A DNA stretch of 64,000 nucleotides. It comes from Curvularia clavata (taxonomy: Eukaryota). The DNA lies in NCBI GenBank assembly GCA_023920165.1, contig CP089277.1, positions 3,906,001-3,970,000 of the forward strand. The letters are read 5' to 3'. The stretch's first letter is position 1; every line of letters starts with the position of its first letter. Shown piece after piece: positions 62,222 through 64,000 of this stretch. The notes beneath the pieces were generated by a model that saw only the letters and a program-made list of their open reading frames with translations, searched no databases and was not told the DNA's origin. Position numbers and translations under genes: made by a program.

Positions 62222-64000
62222 ATGGCGCCCGATTCCAAGGCTCAAGACGACGACTCTCCAGGTGCCAGTCGCATGCACTTGGGTCTAGAAAGCGTCCTGC
62301 CCACAAGTCTCCTGGATATGCACAAGTGCGCTGGCAATCTTCCCAAAGAGAACAAGCCAAAGTCGTCTCCACGCTCGCGGCCACCTGCCACCCCACAGTC
62401 CAGCGTGTCACGATCCGTATCGTCCATGTCAGGTAGCTTCATGCTAGATCACTGGGGCCGCTCGTCATCCCATACTCCGCAGCACGAACACGATGGAGAA
62501 GACGCTCAAAACCCACGTCCCAAGGAGGACGATGCACCCCACGTTATAGCTAATTGGGCGCATCTATCTTACCTAAAGGCCCAGCGCAGCACGCTGCGCG
62601 CCGAATTAAAGGCTCACCAGATTGCAGGCGCAGAAGCGAAGCGATCAGTGTCGTCCTTGCGTCGCTTGGCCTTTCGCATGGCCGTCAATATATCTGTCAA
62701 GGAAAAACAGATTGCGACTACTGCACGCAACCTCGCCAAGAGCAGATCAAACAACTATTTAGAAAGCAAAGATGCACAAAAGAGAGTCGAACAGTTGCAG
62801 AGAGCGTTGCGAGTCGAAGAGGGCCGCAACAAGGAGATTCTTGAAGCGTTGGAGAAGGCTTCAATGCTAACACTTCAATGTGAGTAGACCGCGCTACGGT
62901 GCTGACACTTCTAATCAGTGATACAGACTCGACTCCAAAAGAAGAATCTCGGCATCGACCTGGGGACGTTTTCCTCTCTCCGCCTCCATCTCCACCCACG
63001 CGTTCGAGTGTTCCAGACAGCCCCTTTGGCTCTCCGAAAACACCGACACGGTCGTCTGCATCTCCATGGCATGATGCCAACCTGGAGCTCACTCCACGCC
63101 TCGGAAGTACGTTTGAGATACGTACGTCTGATAGCCGCCTGATAAGAGCCAAGCGTGAATCAGACCAAGCTCTTGCTGCATGTCGGAGCCGTATCGAACA
63201 ACTGCAGCGTGAGTGTGCAGAGAGCAAAAAGGATGGCAGGCTTCTAGCAACAACCAGAGATGACTTGGAACGACAGATACAAAATCAACAATCCCAGATT
63301 GCTAATCTTGAGCAATCAAAAGCCAGCTTGGCTCAAGAGTTGGAGGCTATGAAGCAGGAGTTGCACACCGTGGTAGACTCGGAAGAAGACTTGAAGCAAA
63401 GGCTGCAGGACAAGATTAAGGAGCTCAGCGAATTCGAACAGAAGACTACGGAGATGAGGCATACGATTGACCTGCTGCAGAAAGAGAAGGCTGAACTTGA
63501 TCAACAGGTGCAAGCTCGAGATGCACAGGTAAAGCAACTTCAGATTCACACTGCTACTCTGGAAGAGAAGCTAGGGTCCTTGCGTGCCGAACTTGAAACT
63601 TTCCAACAAAACGAATCATCGCTGCGAGACAATCTTGCAGAAAAAGAAGAAGAGTGTAAAGATCTGCAAAAGCTAGTTGACCAAGGGTTGGAACGCATCC
63701 AAAGCCTCGAGCAGAAGATGAACACACATGAGACGGAAGCTGCAGAGCACGTCCGAAAAATTGAAATTGGGGCAGGTGTCATTGCCAAGCTCCGTGAACA
63801 AGTCCATGATTCAGATGCTGTTAGCAAGACCACCCAAGATGCATTAGCTGAGGCAACGGAAGAAGTGGAGCATCTGCAGAAGAAGTTATCCACCGAGACT
63901 GACGCACATATGCGACTAGTAAAGGAACTTGAAGACGTGCAGACTGGAAAGGGCAAGATGGAACATGAGCTCTGTGTCACGACGGAACTCTTGGACCAAG
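62222..64000 (+). CDS. long coiled-coil protein, 3' truncated by the window edge
   Basis: ORF 62222.. is followed by an intron at about 62880-62926 (GTGAGT..CTAAT..CAG), then an open E/K/Q/L-rich heptad frame to the end of the window. Confidence 0.8.

Noticed and set aside
1..64000. CRISPR arrays, operons, tRNA/rRNA genes, intact transposons, secondary-metabolite backbone genes
   Set aside because: The sequence is intron-containing fungal DNA. By eye I found no regular repeat-spacer array, tRNA cloverleaf, RT/transposase motif or PKS/NRPS/terpene synthase. tRNAscan-SE and a repeat search would be needed to exclude them formally.

Overview
Eukaryotic DNA: a gene-dense stretch of a filamentous ascomycete chromosome, judged from short GT..CTRAC..YAG spliceosomal introns and gene content. 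It looks Dothideomycete/Pleosporales-like, but that placement is an impression only. About 22 protein-coding genes can be supported: acyltransferase-3, 2OG-Fe(II) oxygenase, FRG1, MCR1, HRD3/SEL1, MFS transporter, CCHC zinc-knuckle protein, HIS4, epoxide hydrolase, tannase/feruloyl esterase, secreted lipocalin-like protein, sulfate permease, GH45 endoglucanase, GT31, Boi1/Pob1, MIZ/SP-RING protein, SprT-like protease, GH16 Crh, short/branched-chain acyl-CoA dehydrogenase, several hypotheticals and two edge-truncated genes. I saw no tRNA, rRNA, intact transposon or CRISPR array. The standout is invisible to the ORF track: a 7-exon micro-exon gene at 3618-4167. Its internal exons are 18, 3, 3, 6 and 3 nt, all introns are phase 0, and it splices cleanly into a 50-aa secreted 4-Cys peptide. 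It lies next to what looks like a decayed coding relic. All calls come from reading the sequence by eye; no database searches were run.
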